A DNA stretch of 63,049 nucleotides, filler included, from Atractiella rhizophila (taxonomy: Eukaryota), in the NCBI GenBank assembly GCA_021432655.1. It is 4 parts of 4 records of this genome, joined end to end, with 100 filler letters (N's around TTAATTAATTAA, not from the genome) between each part and the next. Parts side by side here need not be neighbours in the genome. Positions count along the whole stretch, not along the records: positions 1 to 27,849 come from MU271741.1; 3 more parts are not named here. One strand, written 5' to 3'. The position numbers and the translations under genes were made by a program. The notes beneath the pieces were generated by a model that saw only the letters and a program-made list of their open reading frames with translations, made no database searches and was not told the DNA's origin. Numbering within the stretch: the stretch's first letter is position 1; each line of letters starts with the position of its first letter. This document shows positions 1 to 11,898 of this stretch, in pieces.

Positions 1-905
1 CGAGAAGGATTTTTCGGGAAGATTGATTAATATTGATTGCTGGGAAAGTGGCGGGAACTTTTTCGGGCCTTCCGATGCACATGAAACTCGCTCAGTAAAC
101 AGGATATTGGGATATTGGGAAAGGCTAGAGGAAATATTTTGTGCAGATAGCGAAGTGAGAACTGAGAGATCCAGTTACTCTGTACTTAGAGGTGGCGGTG
201 CGTTTCTCCCTTACTTTTCGACGCCAGAGGGAGCGACTTTCCGCTTCACGAATCATGATGCATTTCTTCATCCTTCCCTGCTCTGTGGCGGATCTTCCTT
301 TCCCCGCCAATGAACGAGATTTCCTTTGACAGGACTATCATCCTTGTTGGCGCAAGAATGAAAAGGAAAAGAGGAGGAGTACTTCATTCTGCAGAGGCCA
401 TGAACGTCAAAAGAGCGAAGGGCAAGTATGGAACACGTACACACCGATACGGCGCACTTCTTGCGCGAAACGTGAGGATGAGGGATCTGAGGAATGTGCT
501 CTCCCCATCTAGGTTGAAAGTTGAATAATTTCCTTGTACAAAGAAAAGTGCGAAATGGCAGTTGTTCCTAGAAGGCGACAAGGAAAGGGGAACCATGATT
601 TCTATATTCCTTTAAACGGCCCTTTGCAAAGGCAATATGTTTAATACTTTGTAATATCTGCAAGTCTAGTACTTCATTTCGGAAGGGAACAAGACCGCGA
701 ACAAAGGCGGGAATTTCTTACCACCAGCTTAGACAAAGGCAATATGCTAATAGCTGCTTTTCAAAACCTACAACATTGCCAGCTCCAATATGACCTTCGT
801 AAAGGGAAACTAGGCTGCGAATAAAGAGAATAATACGTCTATACCCATTTACCAGAATAAAAAACGGAATATGTCTGTCCCCTCCTTGCAAAGATCCATG
901 ACAAG

Positions 906-2117
906 ATGCCTCTCCTCGATCTCCCCAACGAGCTGCTGGTGGAAATCGGCAGCTGTCTTTACACTTGTGACGCTCTGAAGCTCAGTTGCACCAACTGGAC
1001 TTTCCGAAGACTTCTACTTCCACAAATTTTTCGCAAATTAAAGGTATGTAAGGAGAGGTGGAGATCAGAAACATACTATCAGCATTTTCCGAAAGCTTTT
1101 TTGCAGAAAGTTAGGTCTTTGAGCCTCCATTTCACGATATTGGACGACATTGGCGAATTGATTCGCGACCTCGACGATTGCACCCTTGCCCTTCAGCATT
1201 TGCTGACTACAGGTCTCGTCGAGCCCTCCTCCATTCGTCAAATTTCCTTTCATTACGATCCCTGCGGCCTTGCCGTCTGGATTTGGAATGACGACAGATT
1301 CGAAGGAGACGGGCGAGCTATTGCAGCAGTCAACAAGCTATTCAACACGTTGAGCCGATGTCCGGCCTTCGATCTCTCCTTGACACAGGAAAGGAGGTCT
1401 TTGGCATATCCAGAACTGGCCAATGACTTATTCACCTGCCTGTTTCAAACTGCTTGTTCATCTCCAAGTAACTTCGACCAACTCAAGCTCTCTGCTCCAT
1501 TGATGTGGCCATCCTTCCTACATAATCTTTCAGACCGAAAGAAATCTCTCGAGAAATTGCACATTATGTCTCTTGCTCCTTTGAACATGTCAACGATGGA
1601 GGTGGAAATCAAGGTGAAGGAGTTGATTCTCGAAGACATCGGCCCAGTCTCCCTGAACTTGTTGCTCAACTCCTGCCAGGCCACACTTCAGACTTTGAAA
1701 CTCGATTTCTCCGAACAACACTGTGGTGATTGGTCTGGACTATGTGCAGCCACAAATCTCACATCCCTCACCATCTCAAACATGTCGTGTCTTTTCGGCG
1801 TCGACGTTATCCAAGAAATTCTCTCATATTTCTCACAATGCCCCATAGTGGACTTCAATGTCTTCTTTCAAACACGACGACTATTCTATAGGACAAGCCA
1901 TCTCAAGGAGGACGATCGTACATTGGCAATCCAGGCAACTATTCAAGGCCTTTGTAAGCTCAGGGTGCTCACCAAATCGTGGAAGGCGCTCGAACACTTC
2001 CACCTGCCATGCGTTCACATAGCAGACGAATTGACCGAGAAATGTTTGCGGCAGCTTACAAATGATCGGGTGAAGGTCTGGAGAGGTGGAATGCTCTATG
2101 CTAGAGCGGTGAGCTGA
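906..2117 (+). CDS. F-box domain protein with LRR/RNI-like C-terminus (intronless, 403 aa)
   Basis: N-terminus MPLLDLPNELLVEIGSCL...LKLSCTNWTFRRLLLPQIFR fits the F-box consensus; Leu-rich LxxLxL repeats follow (TLQTLKLD, NLTSLTIS). Confidence 0.75.
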   Translation: MPLLDLPNELLVEIGSCLYTCDALKLSCTNWTFRRLLLPQIFRKLKVCKERWRSETYYQHFPKAFLQKVRSLSLHFTILDDIGELIRDLDDCTLALQHLLTTGLVEPSSIRQISFHYDPCGLAVWIWNDDRFEGDGRAIAAVNKLFNTLSRCPAFDLSLTQERRSLAYPELANDLFTCLFQTACSSPSNFDQLKLSAPLMWPSFLHNLSDRKKSLEKLHIMSLAPLNMSTMEVEIKVKELILEDIGPVSLNLLLNSCQATLQTLKLDFSEQHCGDWSGLCAATNLTSLTISNMSCLFGVDVIQEILSYFSQCPIVDFNVFFQTRRLFYRTSHLKEDDRTLAIQATIQGLCKLRVLTKSWKALEHFHLPCVHIADELTEKCLRQLTNDRVKVWRGGMLYARAVS

Positions 2118-2374
2118 CTCGGTACCCGACTTGATGACGTTTAAGCTGAAGCTTTGAGGCAGAAAAGACTTTGCATTGTTAACACTGCTTTTGACGTTCA
2201 TTAGCAATCTTAATTTTTTTGCCGCTTCTAATCCTCCTGGCTTTCTGTACATAGCAAACCTAATTGTTTTTGATGCTCCTTTTTTGATTACGTTATCTGC
2301 TAAACATTAAACATGCATCAATCACTTTGTGGTCAGAACATTGGCCCTCATGCTTGTGAACGCTGGCGGCACGC

Positions 2375-3608
2375 TCATTCCTCAAAAGGGTGAATGACAA
2401 GCTTGATTCCGCTCACTTCGTTCTTCTTGTATCGCTCAAGCCCATTGGATACGGCGCTAAGACCACCAGGAAGAACTTCATATCGCGCACCCTATATCTC
2501 GCATTAAATTGCTTGCGTATTTTGGCAGAGAGTACGGACCACTAGGATTCTGTCCTTCAACAACTCTGGCAGTCGCTGTAAAGCGTGTTCCCGAATGGAA
2601 GCATTCGTAAATTGGCTAAAGACGTGGAAACCAGTCTTATTTTCTGTCCTCGATCTCCATTCAGTTGACGTATGATTCGGTTTGGTGAGATTAATGAGCC
2701 CCCCCTCCTGGCTTGAGACAGTCGAGAGCGACACCTTGAGACTCTTCCGTACCCAGAACCGCATCCACGACGACGTCCAGATCTGAATATAGGGAAGAGA
2801 GGTCGCGCAGGGAAACTGAGGAACGATCCAACACTTGAGTAGCGCCGATAGAAGTGAGGTAGGCGGTATGCTTGTTCGACGCGTATGCCACAATCTCAGA
2901 AAAACCAAGGAACTTGAATACTTGAATACCTGGTTATCACCACACACATTTATGAGGATTGCACCTTAAGAATAATAGAGAAAAGCGTGCCGAATTGACC
3001 AACGGTGCTGCTACCACCAATTATGAGTGCTCTTTTACCCTTGCATGGTTGATCCATCGAAAAGGTAGGGTTGAGTCCTAACCCACGGGGAGGTTCGTTC
3101 ATGACACCGATGATCATGGTCCCGTAGCAGACTGGAATGGTAGCCGCTTCTTCGAAGCTTACGTTGTCAGGTATCTGATTAAAAAAAGCAAGTTAGTTTC
3201 CGAGCAGCTTTGCAAAATGAGTAAACGCACGGGAAACACAATCTGTTCTGACACAGCAACATATTGTTGGAAACCTCCTCCCATAGTCCCAACCATTCTA
3301 TACAAACCCTTACTGAGTTACGCTTTTGTTCTGTTTGATGAATACACTCACACTCTATCTCCAACTTTTAGCCGGCTCACTCCCCTTCCAACAGCGTGCA
3401 CCGTGCCAGCAATATCACTTCCTAAAATACATGGATAAGAAGTAATGTACATTCCACTGTCATGCCTCTTAGCATCTACAGGATTTAAACCTGCCGCCAT
3501 GACCTTGATTACGACTTCTCCTTCTGCGGGAGCGGGCACATCCCGACTCTGGACGACCCATCCGCCTTGGAAGAAGGGGATGACAAGGGCTTTCTGAGTG
3601 GAGACCAT
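2375..3608 (-). CDS. MDR-superfamily GroES-like NADPH oxidoreductase (enoyl-reductase/zeta-crystallin-like), multi-exon
   Basis: MVSTQKALV...VVIKVMAAGLNPVD...ILGSDIAGTV, IGGSSTVGQF nucleotide-binding loop and C-terminal EVLPGGLSAVSNGLERYKKNEVSGIKLVIHPFEE-stop (2375). Confidence 0.85.
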
Positions 3609-4388
3609 ATTCGCTTGCTAATACTTTGAGGCTTGATGAGATCGAGGAGCTTTATATTCCTCTCTAGATCTGCTGGAGTCGATCAACGCTTCTGAAGACA
3701 TCGTTTTCCTTCACTTAGACATGGCCTCCACTTGGATAGTCTTGTCAAGCCTCTCCGCCCCCTCCTCTGCCTTTACACTACAGGTGAGGGGCGGTTCGAG
3801 AGCGGCTGAGGAAACATGACATGGAGAAAGAGCGCTTTGCCGGTTCTGCAGTAAGGTCCAAGTGCCAGGATGCAAAGTGGAGGAACGGCAGCGGCGGAGA
3901 AACTCAGCAGAAGCTAAACGCCGATGAAAGGGGTAGAAGACGGATATGTTTTGTCGCAGAACGCGTGAAGCGTTGGGCAAGTAAGCAGGAGCAGAGCCAA
4001 CAAAGGACTAATTGTCAAAAGCTGACAGCGAGACCACACAGTCTCTTGTGATTGATTGAGGTGATATCGTAATAGATCCTCTGTGGACACAAAGTCAAGC
4101 ACCAAACAGCACGAGTGTTCTGCTTCTGACAAGCTTGTAAAACTGAGAGGACGCAAATGTTGACTATCCCTGCAGTTGGCCTCCTACGACAACCGTGCTC
4201 AACAATTTTTGAACAGAAACTCCTTAAAGGAAGTACAGGCCTATAGCGGTTAACATTTTGAGCTTCGGACAACAAAGATGATGTTCTGAATACACATATT
4301 CTGGAGTACACAGCTTCTAGGACTGAATTAGTTTCTGTTCATCAGTCTCACAAACACACCGTTTCTGATACATAGGCACTGAAAACTT

Positions 4389-6092
4389 TTATTTTCCACT
4401 TCCGCTAGAAGCAGCCTCGAGCCCTTGCTCCAGGTCTGCTCTCAAATCCTCAAAGTCTTCCACGCCAATCGACAAACGGACTGTGACCGAAATGTTGGCA
4501 TGCTTCCATCACATTGAAAAAGAGGAGCGCACCTAAACGGGGATCTTCTGTAGGATCAGAGAGTAAACGCTGCTCGATCAAACTCTCCACTCCTCCTTCA
4601 ATTGCAGTCCCGAACAAGGCAGAATATACCATTAGCATTACCTCCAAACTCATAGGTAGAAATGAGCATACCAAGAGACGTTGCCGGCTTCGGTGAATGT
4701 TCAGCAAGAATTGCCGGGGGAGAAACTCAAATCGGCGTACCGTAAAGAGTTTCAACGCAAAAGGCAGGCGTGCAGCGGCATCCTTATCCTTCATCTATCG
4801 CTCGCTCTCAGCCTCGATCTCTGCTTCTGAGCAGCGAAGGAGTGTGCATACAAAGATTGAAAAGCAGGCAGGTCCCGCCTCGAGTTGTTTTCCTTTCCCA
4901 ATCAATCCCTCCGCTCCTTCCTGCAGACTCGCATGCCACACCTTCTCTACGTCCTTCCTCCCGTTCAACCACTGTGCGATCTTTGTTCCGGTTTCAGCTT
5001 GTTTAGGAACACGCAAATGGAGCGTGCGCAAGGAGCGCAGGACGAGCCATTGTTCCATCGATCCAGGAACAAGTCCAAGGTAAGTTCGAGTGTGCCAGAG
5101 AGAGTTCCAGGTCTCCATAGATTTAACGGAGATGGTGCCCATGAGAGCGTCGGAGTGGCCACCCTTCGAGCAATGCGCAGAGGTGAGGGTGGTAATGACG
5201 GAGAGAAATTAAAACCGTACGAAATATTTCGTTCCGCTGTGCATGATTACATCTACCCCCCACTTAAAGGGATCTGACAGAGGAGGAGGCGCTAAGGTGG
5301 AGTCAACCACAAGAATTCCTTGTTCTGGAAGCTTCTTTCGATCTGTCATATATCTCTCCCGTCAGTATGGTAATTGGTATGAAACGGAGGGGACAAACAG
5401 AACGCAAGGTCTCGAACCTCTCCTGTTGGGTTCAACGGGGTCTCCACCCAAGCAAGTGTTTTAGGATGAGTGAACGGTTGCGAAAGATCAATCAATTTCT
5501 GATTCCAATCGATTTAGTAAGTGTCTAATGTGGTTCATATAAAGGGACGCACCACATTGTTTGAACCCTTCAGCTCGACATATTTCTTGATAACCATATG
5601 CACGCCGTGATATCCCTTTGTAATAGCAATCACTTCCTGCCACCCGCATCTCAGCTTGACCTCGATGTTGACGATTGGAGGGAGGTTTACTGGTTGATAG
5701 TGCATCAGCACTCCGAAAGCTGCGCTCAATCCACTTCCGTAGACGATGGTATGCCCTCCAATAGCCGCAGAAAGAACTTTCTCGAGTCGATAAAGAACGG
5801 GCGTTGAATACCTTCACCGGAGACAGCAAAAGTCAAAATCGCAGCAGATAAAGGACCACGTAGGTTTACCGGGAATAAAGGTATGTCTTTGGGTCCTCTG
5901 GATCGAATTCTACGAACTCCCCATCAGTGGAAGGAGTATGCCGGAAAGTGGTTGTGAGCCTGGAAGTCACAGTTTAGCACTAGAAATAAAAGGAAGAAAA
6001 AGGTGAACAGACGAGATCGAAGGTGCGACATCTGCTCTTTCGTGAGCGTCATCGGCATGTAGAAGAGTGGTGCCTAATTGTTGTGGTGACAT
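4389..6092 (-). CDS. Cys/Met-metabolism PLP-dependent lyase (cystathionine gamma-synthase/lyase family), copy 1
   Basis: Spliced model MSPQQLGTTLLHADD...VAPSIS, GYHG, VVDSTLAPPPLSDP, PLP-lysine motif HSGTKYF|GGHSD, WLVLRSLRTLHLRV, ATSLGGVESLIEQR; ends ...SGSGK-TAA. Confidence 0.9.
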
Positions 6093-7186
6093 TTTCGTAT
6101 TCTTCCCCGCTTGGTTTTGTGCTACTGCAATGCCCTTACTTCCAACGTTTTGGAGAGCAGTATATGTATACGATGGAGAGCAACAAATTCGTCTGAGTCG
6201 CGGTGACAGCAGGGGACTTTATAGGGGATTTTACAGGGAGTTTATGGGGACAAAAATGAGCTAAAATGTCGTGCCTCCTTTCATTGATTCCTTCGATTCG
6301 GCACAGAGTTCGGCGGATTTCTTCTCGCGAACAAGGACAGAATACAAATTGTCCAACAAAAATTGTCCAACAACTGCGGAATGATTGCGAAAACTGGAAT
6401 TGACTGGAAAACCCTGTCATAAATAGGTAGGGAGGGATGCAGGTACCAGATAGAAAACGAAGAAGACGAATTTTCACTGCCAGTATCCTATCCTGTTCTG
6501 TTACTGTAGTGCTGTTGTTCAAGCTTCTTTCTGGTTTCAAGGGAACTGCTATTCAAACTCTTAAGAAATAGGACCTTTTGGTTCATCGTCGAGCTTATTA
6601 CCTTAGTCTCTCTGAAATCAAAGTCCCATAATCATGACATTCTAAAGGAAGAGTTGTTTGAACGCAGGTTTGACGGACAGTTACCTGGAGGACATTCCTC
6701 ACCCACCGTTCATTAGATGACCTAGAATAAATCCAACGGGTACGTTAATGAGTTGAAGGAAGTATAACAGTTAGTATTGAGAGTATCAAAAGTAATTTTG
6801 AACTACAGCTGAAGTACTGACGATGGAAGAACTGGAAGAACGCAGGAAGAACGACACAACAAAGTATGAACAGCTGCCTCAAGAAAATGCCTCACCCAAA
6901 AGGAGTAGATAGAGCCTAGCTCACCAAAAGAAGAAGGGAAGAATAAGTAGGTATGTGGCGTAAGTGTAGAAAGAATGACGACGTTTGTACACAGCGGAAC
7001 AGCGAGACCTTCACGCAACTGGAGATAATAGGAATCCATCCATCAAGCAATCCAATCCAATCACTTGTCTCCTTATTTTAAATTTGACCGCAAGGACCCC
7101 AGTCAGGGGTCCATCACCGCTCAGCTTCTTCCACAAAGCGATGTGTCCTCCACTCCTTCCCTGCCTCATCCGATCGAAAAGGACGC

Positions 7187-9966
7187 TCAATGCCTCCTCT
7201 TATCTTCATCCTCCACCTCCTCATCTGCTCCCCTTACCCGACTCCGATCCTCCATCCTCACACTCGCACAATCAATCGCGTCCTCCGGCTTGACACCAAT
7301 GTCTTCCTCCACTAACCTATCGTATCCATACTTGCACCATCCATACCTCGTCTTCCTCAAAATCATCTCCCTCAATTTCGGATCGAACTTATTCCACGCC
7401 GAGAAAGCAGGTGACTTCCTCGAGTAATAAGGCTGATTCGAATCCGTGCCATTCGGGTTGAAAAGGGAGCAACTGAGGTTCGGAAGAGTAGGGCGATATT
7501 CCTGAGGTAGGAGGAAAGCGAGAAGTCCGAGCATCTCAGTCAAAGTGTTCGAACGAAGATCCTCGTATCTCATCACGTGAGTGGCGATTGGCGCGTCGTC
7601 CCAGTAATTCGTATGCTGGATCCATTGATCTGCGAAGCCGCTGACTTGCGTCCACTGGGAGAGGGGAATGAAGTCGTTCTCAGAGTGCCAAGAGTGATCG
7701 CGCTCTCCAGCTTCGTTTTTCGGTGCATGACGGAAATTCCAATATGAGTAGATGGCATCGATGGGGTTCCTCACTATCATTCATCGGTAAATTAGCGGCC
7801 ACATCAAAGCGAGGAGTGAAGGGATCAAGGACGAACCGAGATGAACTGTCTGATCCCACTGCCTCCAATAGTCCTCGATAACATCCCCGGTCAAGACGGG
7901 ATAATGAGTCTTAATGAGCCACTTCTCGGTCCTGTCGCACTCTCCCAAAAAGGTCTTCCTCAGCGCCGGATCACAATAAATCGAGCCCGTCCTGAAACCC
8001 GTCGTTTTCTCCAACAACGATCGAATGTACGAATTGCCGCTCCTTGGGAAGGTGACAAGTCCAGTCTTCGGTGTGCTGTCCAGGGTAGGGAACTGGCTCG
8101 TTTCAACATGGGAGTCTGGGCAGGAGCCGACGGTACCGGAAAGAGTGGCGAGTTGTTCCCCCCATGTTGCCTGTTGTGCGATAGTTTCGGCGAGGAGTGA
8201 AGAGTCGAATGCCTTCTCGAACGGGTTGAGGTTGTGGAAGGTTGTTTTGAGGCTTTCGGTGTCGACGGACGGCAGAGGAGTACCGAGGAAAGGGGAGATG
8301 ATGATGGAAAGGATGAGAGGAACGAGGACCGGGATTCCGTACTGCTTGAATGCTGCATCACGAACCGAGCACGAAAGAATTAGTATGGATGTTCGTCCAC
8401 AAAAAAAACGTTTAGCTTTGGGATCGCATTCAATTTTTCACACTTCACACGTTGACAACCGTCGGAACTTTGGACGGTTTCTGAAAATACCACTCCGTCT
8501 TCCCGAGTGAGTCCAAGATAGCCATGCGAGGCATAAATAGAGATTTTGTTCTCCTTCAGAGCTACAAATAACCCGCATGGTCTCTTAGGCCAATTCTCCT
8601 CCCCTCCAATCCCCAAACGAAAGCGAAAGCGAGAGCAAGAAGAAAAAGAAGACGTACGTCCGCCAGGTTTAGGTTTCGACACCTCAGGAAGATCGGGCAA
8701 AAACTTTTCTTCCTCCATATCCCTCAAATTCCGACTCGTAATGCGAGCGTGGCTCCTGGTGTCCTCCCTCGAATAGCTGCGTCCATGGCTCCTAATCTCT
8801 CGTTGTCCTTCTCCTCCAGAAGTCGGTTTCGGATCATCGAATCTTTTATCCATCTTTATCCACACTCCACTTCCTACCCATCCAACTCCCAGCCAGCCAG
8901 CGCCGCCGATCTTTCCTAGGTTTCCAAAGATACCAGCATTGATGAGAATGCCAAGAAATTGGCGAACCGTCATTATTGTCGATGACATGAGGGCTCCAAA
9001 ATTGGATATGGTGGATAAAAGGACGACCAGGCCAAGACAGGAAGTGAGGGACAGGAGGATGATGGATCCTCCCACGCTGAGGGGGTATTTGACGATGAGA
9101 AGGAGAGATGTGCCGACGGAGGAAGTGGGGGAAGAGAAGTGAGAGAAGACGAGGGTGATGAAGCTGATGGCGCAGGCGAAGAAGTTGACCCACACCATCT
9201 GGTCGAGGATGGGCGAGTTGGCAGTAAAAGGATTCATCCCGCCTGATGCACCGGCATCCTTGCTCTTTCCGAAGACGCGCTCCTGTGTCGTCGACGTAAG
9301 GCCGTCGAAGAAGAGATATCCGAGCAGGAGTGCAGCGCCGAGGAATCCTTCCCATCCGTCTGCTCCCTCTTTTCCTTCGCTCTCCTCTCCGCCGAACCAC
9401 AGATAGGTCGCACCTCCGAGGACAACTAGCGAGGCACCGATCCATTCTCGGGTCTTATGGCTCTTGCCGTAGATGCATTTGCCGACGACGAGGACAGGTA
9501 CCATTTTCACTGTCTTTGCCAGAGATTGGGTTGTGAAGGAGACATGCTTGAGTGCCTCGTATTGGCAAGTAGTGGAGAGGAAATTAAATATGGAGACGAG
9601 GAAGTAGGCATAGATTGGGGAGGCAGGCATGAGGAGAGATAGGATTGATTGACCTGGTACGGGCTGGTGGGAAGGAGAGCGCATACGGAGCGAGAGGAGC
9701 ATGAATGCTCCTGTCGTGCAGGAAAAGAGGCGGTTGAAGAAAACTAGTAGTGGAGAGGAAGTAAAGCGCTCTTCATTCTCTCCTATACAACGGAGCCTTC
9801 AACGTCCCGCAGCTCTTGCAGCAGAGGGAAAGCACAAACCATAAGTGCCTTTCATGATCTTCTCTTGCAAAATGCCATAAAGACTGTACAAAACGAAGAT
9901 CCCTATTCCATGAGCGAGGAGGCCCAGGCCTCCCCCTCCATCGGCACGATGTGAGGTGGCAGTCAT
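7187..9966 (-). CDS. Predicted fusion of a UAA-family (SLC35B/PAPST-like) nucleotide transporter, a TM anchor and a PAPS-dependent sulfotransferase domain
   Basis: Exon 1 MTATSH...GIFVLYSLYGILQEKIM. Transporter motifs LVFFNRL, CQYEALKHVSFTTQSLAK, LFFDGLTSTTQE, FGALMSSTIMTVRQ. A phase-compatible intron 8657-8353 joins to an exon with sulfotransferase 5'-PSB motif TFPRSGNSYIR, IKTHYP, 3'-PB motif VRNPIDAIYSY and MRYEDL. Confidence 0.8.
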
Positions 9967-10951
9967 TTGAATGAGTGTTGTCCAAAGAGTGTTCTGCGCC
10001 AGCCACCTATGAACTCGCCCGTGCCATAAGAGAACAGGAAACTCACGTCTTACACGTATGCTTGAATCGTCTGAGTGAGGAATTTTAAAAAACGAGGCCT
10101 TTCCTTCGTGGTCGTTCTGGCTCTTCTGGGACTCCGGAAAATTCGAACGGTAACCTAAAACACAGTCTTGGCGTCGATGCTGGGCTCTCTAAAGTAGCTT
10201 CTACTTCTAATTTTGATAGATAATGCGAGTTTGGTTAGCAAGGGAAGTCGATTTGGAGGAGGGTAGCTTTATGGAATATGATGAAGGGCTACGGGCTACG
10301 GAGGTCCGTGTGGTTGTCAACTTCGGGAACGAGGAAAAGGGGGAGAAGGAGCTGCGAGCTGCTGCTCCGCCGGCAGACCTTCTGTACATTCATGTGAGAG
10401 AAGAAAGGAACAGGAGTGGTGTTCTCCAAGGGCAGTCATGTATTGTTTGGTCAATAGACCTGCGAGAACCTGAGCCCCGGAGCAATTTATTGTCCAGTGC
10501 TTTCAGCAGTTCATTGCCGTCATCGGCATGAGTGCGGAATCCGATGCGGAGCTGTCCCATCTCTCCCTGTACATTTTGTGTTTCTTCATCCCTTACTGGC
10601 TATTGTGCGAAAGGAAAAGAGGCATCCGCAAGGGATATGAGTGTCTTCTATGGACTTCCATTGTATTCTCATTAGATCAATTTAGATGGCAATGTTTTTA
10701 ACCCGTTCCTGCTCACTAATGCGCGCCTCTCCAGTTGTATTTGGTGTGATACTGAAGAAGGGCTTAAGCAGCTCCCTAACGGAAATACAACACGTCTCGT
10801 GATTTGGCAAAGAGTTATCTTGATTTTCACTTTGCAGGCTCCTTGATTCTTCCGTCATTGCCAAACCATGATATTTTGCTTTTTTTACTTGAGGTTGACT
10901 CTGAGGATCTGAGGGGAGAACAGACATTTTCGCCAATGAAATTTCGATCAT

Positions 10952-11635
10952 TAGAGAGGGTTAGGAAATTCAAAATTTGACTTTTTTCAGACTCGGAAAT
11001 TCAAAAATTGCAACACAAGTTTTCTATATCCTAATAGGTATTTGAGGCTCCCTGGATGTCTATAAAGTGATTCTGAGGCCGATTGAGTGGATCTCAAGGA
11101 AGATATAGCAGCGTTGCAGCATCCAGCTGTAGTTGTGCAGTAGTTTTTCCTGTAGTGTTCACAATGTGAACCAGCGTCAACCAAAACGCCTTCGCCAATG
11201 CTCTCTACCACCCTGCACGGAATACTATTTGGCTCTCAAGCCCCTGCTAGAAGCTCCATTGTCAACATACTCGAAAGTTGTACAGGAGAGGAGGATATTC
11301 TTGACATAAGAAGCTGTCAAACTTTAGTAACCATACAACGGAGAGAATAGTACTCACGAGAATAGGTATTGGGGGCTTGCAACGCCTCCTGACCTAGTTG
11401 TAGTTGGACTTGATGGCATGTGGATGGTGAATGTCGTTCCCAGAAAGTCCCGCACGTGATTTATGTTCCCCCTCAAAATTCCATGACTTCGAACAGCTCT
11501 CCCTCAGTCCACAGCAACCACAGCAAGAACAGAATTGCAGCTACAAGCTCAGTGACTGTATTTCTACATTCCTATTGCATTTTACAATTTATTTGAAAAT
11601 TCAAGAAACTTTTTTGAATTTCCTAACCCTCTCTA
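10952..11635. mobile_element. MITE / non-autonomous DNA transposon with 24-bp terminal inverted repeats
   Basis: TAGAGAGGGTTAGGAAATTCAAAA (10952-10975) is the exact reverse complement of 11612-11635; terminal TA may be a Tc1/mariner-type TSD; no long ORF inside. Confidence 0.65.
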
Positions 11636-11898
11636 TTGCCCAATTTGAAATTGTTATCAGCCAGACTCAGACAACATTTCGCCAGCGGAACCTCGCTGTA
11701 AAGCTTTAGTTATCGCGTTAGGCAGCAAAACAAACTTGTGACAGGCATCTGTAATCAACAGCTGTGTCTGCGTGTGTTCTTGCTCGTCCATTGGTCCCTG
11801 CTTTTCCGTAAGAGGTATCCCCTTTTTCAGTAGTTCTTTTCACAGCTGGTCTAGGTTCTAATCTTTCTACATATAACAGAACAAAAACAAAGTAGATC

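Noticed and set aside
1..596. Minus-strand frame with several in-frame TGA/TAA stops (possible recoding)
   Set aside because: Stops are of mixed types and no recoding signal is visible; decay is the simpler explanation.
6346..6373. 14-bp tandem duplication AAATTGTCCAACAA x2 and nearby ~12-bp G-rich repeats
   Set aside because: Too short and low-copy to imply function; no spacer structure, not CRISPR-like.
10951..10966. Telomere-like GGGTTAGG
   Set aside because: A single unit inside the MITE TIR, not a telomeric array.
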